Shown piece after piece: positions 62,671 to 64,000 of a DNA stretch of 64,000 nucleotides (its first letter is position 1; the number at the start of each line of letters is the position of its first letter). Made by a program: the position numbers and the translations under genes. The stretch is taken from positions 25,345,175 through 25,409,174 of the forward strand of contig NC_092677.1 in assembly GCF_964355755.1 (NCBI RefSeq), written 5' to 3'. This DNA is from Antedon mediterranea. Lineage: Eukaryota; Animalia; Echinodermata. The notes beneath the pieces are model-generated. The model had not been told where the DNA came from, did not search any database, and saw only the letters and a list, made by a program, of their open reading frames with translations.

Positions 62671-63157
62671 ATTTTTGTAAGAAAATGTCTTGTTTATTAT
62701 CTATAAAATGTACAAAGTGTGTATACAAATTTAAGACCGTATTAAACTTATTAAATGTTTTGAATATAAATGTAAACAGGCCAGGGGCCTCTGTACATAA
62801 AGAAATATATACCCTACTGTAGGCCATGTGTCATGGGAAAACCTTAACCTCTCTAAACCCAGAAGAACTGTTTACACACCATTCACTCATTATTAGGTCA
62901 AGCAACACAAATGCTATACTGCACTGTACGTAACTGATAATTTCAATGGAATACCTGTACTGTACAAAGGAAACGATATGGATTAATTAAAACACAATTA
63001 GTTCCTGGCTACTACAGTTAATACAAAGTCACAATTCTGAATTATTGTGCGTCAGCTAAAACAAATATGCAACCAACCCAACTCACCATCTATGACGATG
63101 TTCAATAATCAATAAGACATACAGAACTATAAAAACTAAGATAAGATTAGTGTATAA

Positions 63158-63371
63158 AGCTCTATCTACACTATCAAACTTTATGTAACAAAATGTGATG
63201 TGTGCTCATGTACATGATAATGTCATATCAATCACTAACATATTTGGGCATATCACTAACATATTTGGGCATATCACTAACATATTTGGGCATATCACTA
63301 ACATTGGGCATATCACTACCATATTTGGGCATATCACTAACATATTTGGGCATATCACTACCATATTTGGG
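63158..63371. mobile_element. MITE family A copy with internal 21-mer expanded to ~7 units
   Basis: Left TIR plus (catatcactaacatatttggg)n. Confidence 0.88.
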
Positions 63372-63755
63372 TACAGTACAGTACATTATTATGTATTAAA
63401 TAATAGGATGATGAAATAAACCATCTCTGTCAAATATACTGTACTCAATCTAGATCATAACTATTCATGAATATCTGACCAGGAACGAACCAAACAAAAT
63501 GGATGTTTTCCGCAAAAAAATAAACCAAAATTTGAATAGGGGTCGAGAGTACAGTAAACAAACACTGCTGTTCTATGAATATTTCTTTTCAAACTAAAGA
63601 ATAGCTGTGGGAGGTATGGTATTACAGTATAATCAATTCACTTTTATTTCAGAACAAAGTCCATATCATAACACATAACAATATTCTAAGTTTGTTGTGA
63701 TTTTGGGGGGAAAGGGCACCTTCCTACCAGCCTACTGTACATTATTTAAAAATAT

Positions 63756-63884
63756 AGCTCTGTCTACACTATTAAAACATTATGATGTGCATTGAACATG
63801 ATGATGTCATATCACTAACATATTTGGGCATATCACTACCATATTTTTTTTTTGTCAAACTAGTTTGATAGTGTAGACAGAGCT
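63756..63884. mobile_element. MITE family A copy (plus a fragment at ~63905-63955)
   Basis: Both TIRs. Confidence 0.83.
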
Positions 63885-64000
63885 TTAGATCAGACACTTA
63901 ATCATGTGACACTACCATATTTGGGCACATCACACAAACTAGTTTGATAGTTTTAGAGTGTAAAACCATCCTGGCCACAGGCTTGATAACAGTAATGTAA

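Overview
AT-rich animal (probably marine invertebrate) nuclear DNA, not prokaryotic. One spliced gene fills most of the window on the minus strand: a kexin/subtilisin-like proprotein convertase of the PC7 (PCSK7) type. I traced 15 coding exons by hand from 57762 down to 3033. All introns are GT-AG and the phases are consistent, giving about 847 aa with an RRRTKR pro-cleavage site, a D/H/S catalytic triad plus oxyanion Asn, an RGD-bearing P-domain, a TM helix and a cytosolic tail. The introns are dense with non-autonomous elements: ~27 copies of one TIR-MITE with an expandable internal 21-bp repeat, several other TWA-flanked PIF/Harbinger-type MITEs, a TTAA-flanked Kolobok-like element, tRNA-derived SINEs, L2-type LINE tails and many local tandem duplications. 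The most notable signals are Penelope-like fragments carrying hammerhead-ribozyme-like cores (including a young 297-bp near-perfect hairpin with a 14-bp TSD) and an intronic tandem array built from a PCSK7 exon/donor junction. Most ORFs in the supplied track are repeat or chance artefacts.
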